DNA from: Bacteroidota bacterium
GTDB taxonomy: Bacteria; Bacteroidota; Bacteroidia; AKYH767-A; JAHEYN01
Length of the DNA: 64,000 nt
Assembly (NCBI GenBank): GCA_023251555.1
Contig: JAHEYN010000008.1
Coordinates: 11,535 to 75,534 of the forward strand
Direction of reading: 5' to 3'
In this document: piece after piece, positions 31,985 through 40,308 of the stretch
Layout: each line of letters opens with the position of its first letter
Numbering within the stretch: the stretch's first letter is position 1
Program-made: the position numbers and the translations under genes
The notes under the pieces: model-generated
Databases searched by the model: none
What the model saw: the letters and a program-made list of their open reading frames with translations, nothing else
What the model was told of the DNA's origin: nothing

Positions 31985-32001
31985 AATCCCTGAAAAAAAA
32001 T

Positions 32002-32075
32002 GGTCCTGTGGCCGAGTGGCTAGGCAGAGGTCTGCAAAACCTTGTACAGCGGTTCGAATCCGCTCGGGACCTCCA
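32002..32075 (+). tRNA. tRNA-Cys(GCA), CCA encoded
   Basis: Acceptor stem GGTCCTG/CGGGACC, anticodon GCA 32034-32036, GGTTCGAATCC T-arm, U discriminator, CCA. Confidence 0.97.
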
Positions 32076-32184
32076 GTTTCTTCAATGCCCTCTGCGTCAA
32101 TGAACGCCAAAATGCTTCAATAGTGTTTCACTACGAAAATTTGTTGAGTGTAAGGCATTGAAAAGCAATCAATAGAGTTAATGG

Positions 32185-32206
32185 GGTTGAATCCGGACGA
32201 GACCTC
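32185..32206 (+). repeat. Degenerate tRNA-Cys 3' fragment (att-like scar)
   Basis: GGTT-GAATCCGGACGAGACCTC versus tRNA GGTTCGAATCCGCTCGGGACCTC, 19 of 23 positions. Confidence 0.55.
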
Positions 32207-32281
32207 TGATAAAAGCAAATGGCCATCTGGAAGATTTTCTTTTTCCGGCAAATTCCAGGCTTGCACGGATGACCACCTTCC

Positions 32282-34159
32282 TTACATCGCTTTCCCATTT
32301 TCCATCCCTGCTTCTGTTGTCCAAGGGTAAGGATTGCTGTCGTCGGCATTACCCTTCTCCGTGGGAAACAAAAGATGGCGCAACAGGAAATCGGTGGCAA
32401 AAAGATGGTTTTTCATGTCGGCAAGGCAGCGCGTGGTTTCCTGCTGCATATGCGGAAGCAAAGCGTTGTAGTATGCGATTCCGCAGATAAGGTTTTCGCG
32501 GAACGACCGGAAAAAACGCATTTGTTTGTCGGTGACGGGAGCGGTGATTTTTTCGATTTCCCTTTTCAGGTAATTCACATACAGGTAGAGCTCGTTGATG
32601 AACATGTGCGGGCGGTCGAGGGCATTGAGCATACTGTCGCGTCCGTAGATATGATCCGTGATTTCTTTCAGCGTCATGATCCTCGAAAAATAAGCGAGAT
32701 TGGGGCCCGGGCAGATACTTGCCGCACTGAGGCCATGGGGTACGGGGATGTTATTCACAAGAAGAGCAGATACGGAAAGCCCTTCGCACAGACATTCTTT
32801 CGCTGTGAGCTGATCGAATTCCCTGCACAGCTCAGCATCATTTAAGCCTTTATTGCGCAGTTGTCCTGTTTTCAGGTGCTGGTACTGTCGGGATGCTGCG
32901 CAGATAGGTATCGGAGTAAATTCGGTATTGAACGCAAGAAATTTTTTGTAGCAGGGGCTGCCTGGCCGGCCCAGTTTAATCCGTTTTTTTCGCTGTTTTT
33001 CGGAGCTGCTTTTTCGGAAATTGTTGAGGGGGATACCCAAGGGAGAAGCGTCACTCAGGTAATAGTCCTCTTTTTGCGCCTTTGTGAGCTGACTCAGGGT
33101 CTGCCTGTCCACATTGGTGACCTCCGGAACCAACAGGAAGGGACTTCCCCATCCGGTACTGTCGAAGCCATAATAATTCAGCAGAAAATCGTTCTCCGTA
33201 CTTGTTCCTATCCCACCCTGCACACTGAATTTTAAGGGCGGGGGCTGCCCGAAGGCAGGGTAGCCTTTTGCTTCAAGGCCTGCGTTGCAGATGCGGAATA
33301 ATTCGACAGAAAGTGCGCCCCTGTTGTTTTTAAATTCTTCCAGAATGGGCCCCAGCAGCAAGCCTTCGGTGGCGAAGGCATGGCCTCCGCAGTTCAGGCC
33401 CGACTCGAGACGGAATTCGGATACCCAAATTCCTTTCTTTGCAAAAACCTTTCCCTGAACGAGTGCGGAGCGGTAGTCGCTAACCTTCAGGATAATCTTC
33501 TTCCGGAGCTGCCCCTGCCCGTCGGGGTAAAAATCCCTGAACGACTCACAGTACGAATACAGGCGGGGGTTAAGCCCGGCGGAGAACACTATGGCAGAAG
33601 AAAGTTCGCTCATCGCAAAGCCGCGCAGGGCTGCCATTGCATCCGAATACTCGGGCGGCAGGGCTTCCCCGCTTTTGGAATAATTAGTTTTGTCGCATTT
33701 GGTCATGATGTTCACATCAATGGAACCTGCGGCAATTTTGTGTCGGAGTTTTTCCTGAAGGGAACTCTTCTCGGCTCCTTCGTCCATGCAGCGCATCTGC
33801 TCGAACAATATCCTTACGGGCGCATAGGAAGGCAGCAGCTCGAAGTATTTTACGATCTCCGTTCCCTCAGTGAATTCCTCTGCCCGTAGTTCCTCCGTTT
33901 GCCGCTTCACGATTCTTCCCAGCAGGTTCAGGTAAGCGGTAACCCGCAGGGCGCGGTGATCGGCCTCTTCCTCCTGGATGGGGCGGTACTCCTCTCCTTC
34001 GCGGATGCAATAGAACCGCCGCATCTGCTCCAGCAGATTATCTTCAATGATGGACACAACCGAACTGATGCCGAAACGGGCTAGCTTGGCCGGTGCATCC
34101 ACGGTATAGGCCAGGCCCATCACCGGAATATGGAAAGTGTGTGAGCTCCCCCGCATCAT
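32282..34159 (-). CDS. Conserved hypothetical protein; divergent FMN TIM-barrel (nitronate monooxygenase/FabK/FabX-like) with Cys-rich C-terminal region
   Basis: IPVMG, FSAGL, ESGLNCGGH, VQGGIG, GWGSPFL, SPLGIP, PCYKK..PICAAS..KECLCEGL..CPGPN; ATG 34159 preferred over TTG 34189. Confidence 0.65.
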   Translation of the reverse strand: MMRGSSHTFHIPVMGLAYTVDAPAKLARFGISSVVSIIEDNLLEQMRRFYCIREGEEYRPIQEEEADHRALRVTAYLNLLGRIVKRQTEELRAEEFTEGTEIVKYFELLPSYAPVRILFEQMRCMDEGAEKSSLQEKLRHKIAAGSIDVNIMTKCDKTNYSKSGEALPPEYSDAMAALRGFAMSELSSAIVFSAGLNPRLYSYCESFRDFYPDGQGQLRKKIILKVSDYRSALVQGKVFAKKGIWVSEFRLESGLNCGGHAFATEGLLLGPILEEFKNNRGALSVELFRICNAGLEAKGYPAFGQPPPLKFSVQGGIGTSTENDFLLNYYGFDSTGWGSPFLLVPEVTNVDRQTLSQLTKAQKEDYYLSDASPLGIPLNNFRKSSSEKQRKKRIKLGRPGSPCYKKFLAFNTEFTPIPICAASRQYQHLKTGQLRNKGLNDAELCREFDQLTAKECLCEGLSVSALLVNNIPVPHGLSAASICPGPNLAYFSRIMTLKEITDHIYGRDSMLNALDRPHMFINELYLYVNYLKREIEKITAPVTDKQMRFFRSFRENLICGIAYYNALLPHMQQETTRCLADMKNHLFATDFLLRHLLFPTEKGNADDSNPYPWTTEAGMENGKAM

Positions 34160-34209
34160 GAGTGAAATTGCATGCCGTGTAAAGGACAAGCTTTGGTCAG
34201 GCTCAGACT

Positions 34210-34223
34210 ATGATGCGGATCAT
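34210..34223. promoter_or_regulatory. Crp/Fnr-type palindrome
   Basis: ATGAT-GCGG-ATCAT (TGAT-N4-ATCA core) about 50 nt upstream of the flavoprotein-like gene. Confidence 0.5.
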
Positions 34224-34358
34224 GCTTTGCATTTTAGAGATTAAAAAACGATAGGTGAAAATTGATATTACATTTATAAGGGTATCCGCAGTCCTGCGCC
34301 TAAAAGTAAGCTGGGCGGCCTCCACCTGATACGCTGAGGCTGGCAAAGCAAAAATCAC

Positions 34359-34366
34359 TATGTTTG
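34359..34366 (+). promoter_or_regulatory. -7 box for second tRNA-Cys
   Basis: TATGTTTG ending 12 nt before the tRNA. Confidence 0.55.
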
Positions 34367-34378
34367 CCGGCCTTATCA

Positions 34379-34449
34379 GGTCCTGTGGCCGAGTGGCCAG
34401 GCAGAGGTCTGCAAAACCTTGTACAGCGGTTCGAATCCGCTCGGGACCT
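34379..34449 (+). tRNA. tRNA-Cys(GCA), second copy, CCA not encoded
   Basis: 70 of 71 nt identical to the 32002 copy (T32021 vs C34398 in the D-loop); anticodon 34411-34413. Confidence 0.95.
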
Positions 34450-34458
34450 CTATAATTT

Positions 34459-34485
34459 AAAAAGCCTCCGAAAGGAGGCTTTTTT
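34459..34485. terminator. Bidirectional Rho-independent terminator
   Basis: AAAAAGCCTCC-GAAA-GGAGGCTTTTT between convergent tRNA and CDS. Confidence 0.9.
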
Positions 34486-36376
34486 ATTGAATGATTAGTT
34501 TGCCTGTTCCGATTGATTTATATTTATCTTTTACCTCATAAAAATATATGCCGTTTTGCATAGTGCTTTTCTTGATTTCTGAATTCGGGTTAACGATTTC
34601 AGATTTAAAAACCACACGACCAAGCAAGTCATAAATTTTTAGTTCTACATTCGAAAATCCGTCAAGATTATTTACTTGTAGCGTTGCTGATGTGCTGAGT
34701 AGATTGGGAGAAATGGTGACTTCTACATTGCCAGAGTGGACAATCGTAACTGTAATCACTTTGGAGTAAGCGAAATTGCCGTCAACATCAACTTGTTTCA
34801 ACCTGTAATAATTTATTGCCTGGAAAGGATTTTTATCTGTGAATGTATATAAGTTTGTTTGTGTGGAATTGCCTGCACCTTTCATTGTTCCAATTTCTGC
34901 AAATGCTTTCCCGTCTGAGCTTTTTTCTATATTGAAATAATCATTGTTAGGGTCCAAAGCTGTGTTCCATTGTAAAACTATGCTATCATCTATTTCACTG
35001 GCAGTGAAAGAAAGAATTTTTATTGGCAGAACCCCAGAACAAATAATACTTGACACGGTCGGGGCAGTGTTTGACAAACCACCCGAACCTGATGCACCGC
35101 CCGAACTTGATGCACCACCGCTGCCTGTGGTCGCACCGGAACTGGTGGCGGGAGCCGGGGGAGTTATGTTATAACAAGGAACATTACCTGAAGCATCGGT
35201 CTTGACTAAGTAGACATTCCAATCGAGGCCTGCCCCAAAACTTTCCGTATTTCCGGAAATAATATAACCACCATCAATGGTTTGTTGTATGGCATATCCA
35301 TAATCATCACCGAACCCTCCACTTCCGCCATAAGTTTGTGCCCATTGAAAAGTCCCGTCTGAGGCGGTTTTCACCACATAAGCATCCCGGTATGCTAACC
35401 CGAAACTGGTGGTAGAACCACTGACGATGAACCCACCATCACTGGTTTGTTGTACTGTATTTCCGATATCCTGAACAGAACCTCCAAATGTTTTTGTCCA
35501 TCCGATACCCACCCCGATATTCCCTACAGAGTTCGTTTTGATCAGGTAAACATCTGCCGATCCTGCTCCAAAGCTGTTCGTGTAACCAGCAATAATGTAT
35601 CCTCCGTCAGAAGTCTGACGAACGGCATTAGCTCTGTCATCGGCAGTTCCTCCGAATGTTTTTGTCCATTGCAGCGTACCGTCTGAAGAAGTTTTTAACA
35701 CATAAACATTATATCCTGTTGTTCCGAAACTGTCTGTGTTACCGGCAATAATATATCCGCCATCACTGGTTTGCTGAACAGACGCTCCTTCATTGTATAC
35801 TGTTCCGCCATAAGTTTTTGTCCATTGCAACGTACCATCAGAAGTGGTCTTTACCAAATAAACTTCCTGAAATCCTGTTCCATAACTTGTTGTAAATCCC
35901 GTAACGATAAAACCACCGTCACTGGTTATGTCTATTGATTCTCCCTGTTCGTTGCCAGCTCCGCCAAAAGTTTTTGTCCAAAGCAAAGAACCGTCAGATG
36001 CTGCTTTCAATAAATAAACGTCACTATTTCCAGCTCCGAAATTCCTTGTGTAACCTGCAACAATATATCCTCCGTCACTTGTTTGCTGAACAGAATATCC
36101 ATAATCCGAGTTCGTACCACCAAAAGTGTTTGACCATTCCAAAGTTCCGTCAGAATTTGTTTTTAATAAATAAATATCCTGAAACCCTGCTCCGAAACTA
36201 TAAGAATCGCCAACTATAATATATCCTCCATCAGAGGTCTGCTGAACGGAATAGCTATGTTCATCGGATGTACCCCCATAGGTTTGTTGAAAAGCTGTTT
36301 GTGCATAAGAAGTTATTACGCACAAAACAAAATTCAAAACTGCTATACTGAATGCTCGTAAAGTCAATGTGTACAT
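34484..36376 (-). CDS. T9SS cargo with seven-repeat beta-propeller, Gly/Ser linker and CTD
   Basis: Seven ~52-aa T(F/Y)GG...QQTSDGGY...YLxKTxxxG repeats; IEKSSDG...YYRLKQVDVDG; ISPN...GIYFY...KLIIQ; -7 box at 36436-36443 (minus strand). Confidence 0.88.
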   Translation of the reverse strand: MYTLTLRAFSIAVLNFVLCVITSYAQTAFQQTYGGTSDEHSYSVQQTSDGGYIIVGDSYSFGAGFQDIYLLKTNSDGTLEWSNTFGGTNSDYGYSVQQTSDGGYIVAGYTRNFGAGNSDVYLLKAASDGSLLWTKTFGGAGNEQGESIDITSDGGFIVTGFTTSYGTGFQEVYLVKTTSDGTLQWTKTYGGTVYNEGASVQQTSDGGYIIAGNTDSFGTTGYNVYVLKTSSDGTLQWTKTFGGTADDRANAVRQTSDGGYIIAGYTNSFGAGSADVYLIKTNSVGNIGVGIGWTKTFGGSVQDIGNTVQQTSDGGFIVSGSTTSFGLAYRDAYVVKTASDGTFQWAQTYGGSGGFGDDYGYAIQQTIDGGYIISGNTESFGAGLDWNVYLVKTDASGNVPCYNITPPAPATSSGATTGSGGASSSGGASGSGGLSNTAPTVSSIICSGVLPIKILSFTASEIDDSIVLQWNTALDPNNDYFNIEKSSDGKAFAEIGTMKGAGNSTQTNLYTFTDKNPFQAINYYRLKQVDVDGNFAYSKVITVTIVHSGNVEVTISPNLLSTSATLQVNNLDGFSNVELKIYDLLGRVVFKSEIVNPNSEIKKSTMQNGIYFYEVKDKYKSIGTGKLIIQ

Positions 36377-36522
36377 CTTGAAGATAATTTGGAAATTTTA
36401 ATTTAAAAAATAAGACGGCATTTCGGGCCATCCTTCAAAGTTAAGTTAATTTTTTTTTGTGTTTGATTTTGTTTAAGTTTAAAGTTATAAGGTATTCATC
36501 CCAATCCGCCACCCACAGTGTA

Positions 36523-37530
36523 TTACTCCCCGGCATTGAGTTTAAGAGGGAATACTCTCTCCGCGGTATTGGTCACCGAGTAAAAAGTAATAGCGTAAAA
36601 AGTGCCCGGGACTTTCTCCACGTATAATTGTTCTGTATTAACATTGGAGAGTGCCTCCTTTTCCACGGCTGCTGCCAGTTCCTGCAGGCGTTTATCGCTG
36701 ATCTCAAAATTATTTTTCTTCGCTTCCATGTAGAAATCATAACTCATACTGCTCCCATGCTGGGAAACAAACGGTTTCCCGTCCTTATTCGTACATAGTG
36801 TTTTATACCTGTCGCTAAAGCCCATAGGGCCGGAAACAGTATAAACCACTGTGTTTTTTTCCATAGATAAAAGTTTAATCTTGTAATCACCAGCCACGAA
36901 AACTTTACCGGTATCCGAAGCCATGAAAGTAATAGCTTTGTATGCCACCGGCCAGGAAACCAGCATCTCTCCCTTGAGCGTGAAAGGGTAATCATCCCGC
37001 ACGGGCTCACGATCAAGATATGTCTTTATTTCACTGCTTCCGTAAGCAGGCCCGAATGAATGTTCATTGTCAAAGTAGCCCTTCTCAGCATACTCATCAT
37101 ACCTCTCTTTCGGGAGAATAACTTCCTGCCCTTTTGAAGTAGTAACGGAAGAAATAGTTATAAGCACATAGGCATCCCTCCAGCAGGGAATGTTCATCCA
37201 GTCTGTATTAATTTCCATGTAATCCACTCTCACCTGCCCGTTTTCGGTTTCGTAGAGAAATGCTCCCCCGGTACTGACCCGGGTGTTTTGCTTTACGGAA
37301 TCAACATACGAATCAAGGGCAGGGCCGATATCATACTTGCCATCAGGAGGAATGAAAGCCTGTGCGCGGGTCAGGACATCATCATTCTCTTCCGCCGGAG
37401 GACTTTCTTTGAGCTCTTTCAGCTGGTGCTGCATTATCCCGACAAGCATCGGGTTTGCTTCCTGTGCTGATGCATACATGATGACGCAAAACAGGATTAC
37501 GGTTAATAAAACTATTTTTTTCATACTCAT
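36523..37530 (-). CDS. Hypothetical exported protein
   Basis: 335-aa ORF with SPI signal (KKIVLL...ASA-Q); no recognised domain. Confidence 0.7.
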   Translation of the reverse strand: MSMKKIVLLTVILFCVIMYASAQEANPMLVGIMQHQLKELKESPPAEENDDVLTRAQAFIPPDGKYDIGPALDSYVDSVKQNTRVSTGGAFLYETENGQVRVDYMEINTDWMNIPCWRDAYVLITISSVTTSKGQEVILPKERYDEYAEKGYFDNEHSFGPAYGSSEIKTYLDREPVRDDYPFTLKGEMLVSWPVAYKAITFMASDTGKVFVAGDYKIKLLSMEKNTVVYTVSGPMGFSDRYKTLCTNKDGKPFVSQHGSSMSYDFYMEAKKNNFEISDKRLQELAAAVEKEALSNVNTEQLYVEKVPGTFYAITFYSVTNTAERVFPLKLNAGE

Positions 37531-37697
37531 GATTGTTTATTATTGCAGTGAAACGAAAATACAAAAAATCAATCAGGCCCGTCATCAAAAAAATTGCTCC
37601 CGTGACGGGAATCCGGGTATAATAGAACCGGTCATGGGTATTTACTTTTTGTTTATTATCTCTGAATAATTATTTTTGTGCACTAAAATAATTCTTT

Positions 37698-38615
37698 ATG
37701 AAACGATTGTTTGTTCCCTGCCTGTTCATGCTCGCCACGTCAGCTATCCTGCTTGTTTCCGCCTGCAAGCTGTATTACACGCCCCCGGCTAAAACCGAGT
37801 ATAGTATTAATGCCAGCGCTGCAATGGAAGCCGAAGGTAAAAGGCTGGCTATGCTGATGTGTGCACCCTGCCACTATGATTCCAAAACCAAACAGTTTTC
37901 AGGGAAGAGAATGGAAGATGTGCCGGGCTTTGTAGGAAAAATATATTCAAGAAATATTACACAACATCCAACCAAAGGCATTGCAAATTATACTGACGGA
38001 GAACTTGCTTTCCTTATCCGTACAGGAATTTCAAGGGACGGAAAGCTGATGCCTTTTATGCAAAGGCCGAACCTCGCTGACCAGGATCTCAGGGCAATCA
38101 TCGCCTTCCTGCATTCCAAAGATGACCTGGTCCGCCCGCTTGACGCCGATCCGGGAAGGACACAATACACTATGCTTGGGAAAATGGGGATGAGCCAGAG
38201 CAAGCCCCTGGCTTATCCTGCAAAAGAAATTGCAAAGCCATCCGATAAAACAGAGCTGGGAAAATATCTCGTTGACAACCTGAGCTGTTATGACTGCCAT
38301 TCCAAAAGCTTTATGTCCATCAATAAGATGTTCCCCGAAAAATCCAAGGGTTTTATGGGAGGAGGAAACAAACTGCTTGACATAAACGGGAAAACCGTAT
38401 TGTCCCGGAACCTGACTTTCCATGAAACAGGAATAGGAAGCTGGAGCGAACAGGACCTCAGGCGGGCTTTAACCGAAGGTATCAGTAAAGACAACGTTGT
38501 TCTCGCATTCCCTATGCCCATGTTCTCGGATCTTAAGGATGAGGAGGTCTCCGCCATCTACGCTTACCTAAAGTCAATTCCCGCCATCAATAACAAGGTG
38601 AAGAGAAGCAGATGA
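37698..38615 (+). CDS. Di-heme c-type cytochrome, probably a lipoprotein
   Basis: CAPCH and CYDCH; duplicated NIT..GI / NLT..GI...MP modules; LVSA-C lipobox. Confidence 0.88.
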   Translation: MKRLFVPCLFMLATSAILLVSACKLYYTPPAKTEYSINASAAMEAEGKRLAMLMCAPCHYDSKTKQFSGKRMEDVPGFVGKIYSRNITQHPTKGIANYTDGELAFLIRTGISRDGKLMPFMQRPNLADQDLRAIIAFLHSKDDLVRPLDADPGRTQYTMLGKMGMSQSKPLAYPAKEIAKPSDKTELGKYLVDNLSCYDCHSKSFMSINKMFPEKSKGFMGGGNKLLDINGKTVLSRNLTFHETGIGSWSEQDLRRALTEGISKDNVVLAFPMPMFSDLKDEEVSAIYAYLKSIPAINNKVKRSR

Positions 38616-38986
38616 AGGAAAGCGCCTCCGTATTTCTTTCTGTCATTCTTCTTTTAATATCAGTAACTGCCTCTGCCCAGCCAGGCCCCCCGGGGAAAAA
38701 GGCAATTGAAAAAGCAGCAAAGGCGGAGTTGGCTGCCGGTAAAAACCTCTACACAAAATATTCCTGCGTTTCATGTCACGGGCCAACAGGCGCCCAGATT
38801 GGCGACCTTACTATGGCTTACAGGAAATACAATGACGAGCAGTTAAGAAGTTACATCACCAACCCCCGGCAGTACGGTAATATGAAAATGCCTGTGTTTT
38901 CAGGTGTCATTGCCGAGGCCGACTTCAGACCACTCATGGCCTATGTTAGGTGGCTTGGCGAAAATGCAGTCAAGGAGAAGAAATGA
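38612..38986 (+). CDS. Mono-heme cytochrome c
   Basis: Signal peptide, CVSCHG, distal MKMP; 4-nt overlap with upstream gene. Confidence 0.88.
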   Translation: MKESASVFLSVILLLISVTASAQPGPPGKKAIEKAAKAELAAGKNLYTKYSCVSCHGPTGAQIGDLTMAYRKYNDEQLRSYITNPRQYGNMKMPVFSGVIAEADFRPLMAYVRWLGENAVKEKK

Positions 38987-39041
38987 AATTTCCGCGGGAA
39001 AAACCCGTGAAACCATTTGCTCCCATTTTTCGGAAATAATC

Positions 39042-39124
39042 TATCTTTGTTTTGAAAGAATCCGCATGTAGATTCTTACTTGTTGATAAGCTCTGAAGTA
39101 AGGTATCCGGCTTTGCGCGGATTC
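39042..39124 (+). promoter_or_regulatory. Promoter -7 box followed by a long structured leader
   Basis: TATCTTTG 39042-39049; GAATCCGC(39058)/GCGGATTC(39124) enclosing GATTCTTACTT/AAGTAAGGTATC. Confidence 0.5.
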
Positions 39125-39165
39125 GGGAATTTTGTGAAAGAAGTGGGTGCTATCGAACAATAAAC

Positions 39166-39813
39166 ATGCAGGTAACTATGGAAAAACTATACAGAAAACT
39201 TCTTGACGGCAACAGGGAATGGGTTGCGAAAAAGCTGTCCGAAGACCCGGCCTTTTTCAAACGCCTTGCCAAAGGGCAGTCTCCTCCCCTCTTATGGATT
39301 GGCTGCTCCGACAGCCGCGTTCCTGCAAACGAAATTATCAATGCAAGGCCGGGAGAAGTGTTTGTACACAGGAATATCGCCAACATGGTGGTTCACGCCG
39401 ATATGAATATGCTGAGCGTGCTTGATTTTGCAGTCCAGCTGCTGAAGGTAAAACATGTGATTGTTTGCGGGCATTACGGCTGCGGGGGTATCCTGGCGGC
39501 CATGAGCAACAGGCAGCATGGCCTCATTGACAACTGGCTCCGCAACATCAAGGATGTGTACCGCCTTCACCAGCAGGAACTGGATAAAATAAAAGACAAA
39601 AAGAAAAAATCCCGCAGACTCGTTGAACTGAATGTGATTGAGCAGGTGCTGAATCTTTGCAAAACCTCTACCATTCAAAACGCCTGGAAAGAGCGCAACT
39701 ATCCGCATATTCACGGGTGGGTATATGATATCGCAAATGGAGTTATAAAAGATCTCGAAGTGTCGGTAAAAAACAATACCGACATGTCGGCCATTTACAG
39801 GTTTGACATATAG
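39166..39813 (+). CDS. can: Beta-class carbonic anhydrase
   Basis: GCSDSRVP, FVHRNIAN, CGHYGCGG, HGWVYD. Confidence 0.96.
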   Translation: MQVTMEKLYRKLLDGNREWVAKKLSEDPAFFKRLAKGQSPPLLWIGCSDSRVPANEIINARPGEVFVHRNIANMVVHADMNMLSVLDFAVQLLKVKHVIVCGHYGCGGILAAMSNRQHGLIDNWLRNIKDVYRLHQQELDKIKDKKKKSRRLVELNVIEQVLNLCKTSTIQNAWKERNYPHIHGWVYDIANGVIKDLEVSVKNNTDMSAIYRFDI

Positions 39814-39870
39814 CACAGGCCCAGTTTTTTAGTGGGCACTCCTGTACTGCAGATAAGTTCACAGAACCGC

Positions 39871-40248
39871 TCAGGAAAACTCCTTAAGCCATTTTATTGC
39901 TTCGGCTTTATCCGTAAAAACTTTTGAAGGAGGCTTGGGTTTGGTAATTGTAAGGTAGAAATTAACGAAAAATTTAGTGAAGGCGGAGGTGAGCATGAAA
40001 GCTCCGGCCACCACTCCTTCTGTACCCTGGTTCGAGAAATAATTCCTCGCCTCTATATCCATGCTCGCAACTCCCATATCGAGAATGAGAAGCGGGTATG
40101 ATTTGCCTTCTGAAAATTTCAGGCGGTCATCCACCACGGATTTTGCAATATCCAGCCCGATGCTAAGACCGGGTTTATAGGTAAGGATTAATATCCCGTC
40201 ATCTATTTCAAAATAAACATAGGGCGTTTCGAGGGTTTTACCTTGCAT
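39871..40248 (-). CDS. Small SpoIIAA/STAS-SEC14-like hypothetical protein
   Basis: 125 aa; EARNYF...NFYL..KP..P.KVF...EAIKWL pattern of Bacteroidota SpoIIAA-like proteins. Confidence 0.6.
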   Translation of the reverse strand: MQGKTLETPYVYFEIDDGILILTYKPGLSIGLDIAKSVVDDRLKFSEGKSYPLLILDMGVASMDIEARNYFSNQGTEGVVAGAFMLTSAFTKFFVNFYLTITKPKPPSKVFTDKAEAIKWLKEFS

Positions 40249-40308
40249 AAGCGGGGAAATATTTATTATTTAAATCCTTTTCAAAAAACACTGCAACGAT
40301 GTAAATAA

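Noticed and set aside
32002-34449. Active prophage or integrative element at tRNA-Cys
   Set aside because: No integrase, excisionase or phage gene in the window; kept only as a tRNA-flanked cassette
35200-36300. ~156-bp periodic DNA repeats, considered as CRISPR or a diversity-generating array
   Set aside because: Degenerate in-frame coding repeats of a beta-propeller; no spacers, cas genes or reverse transcriptase
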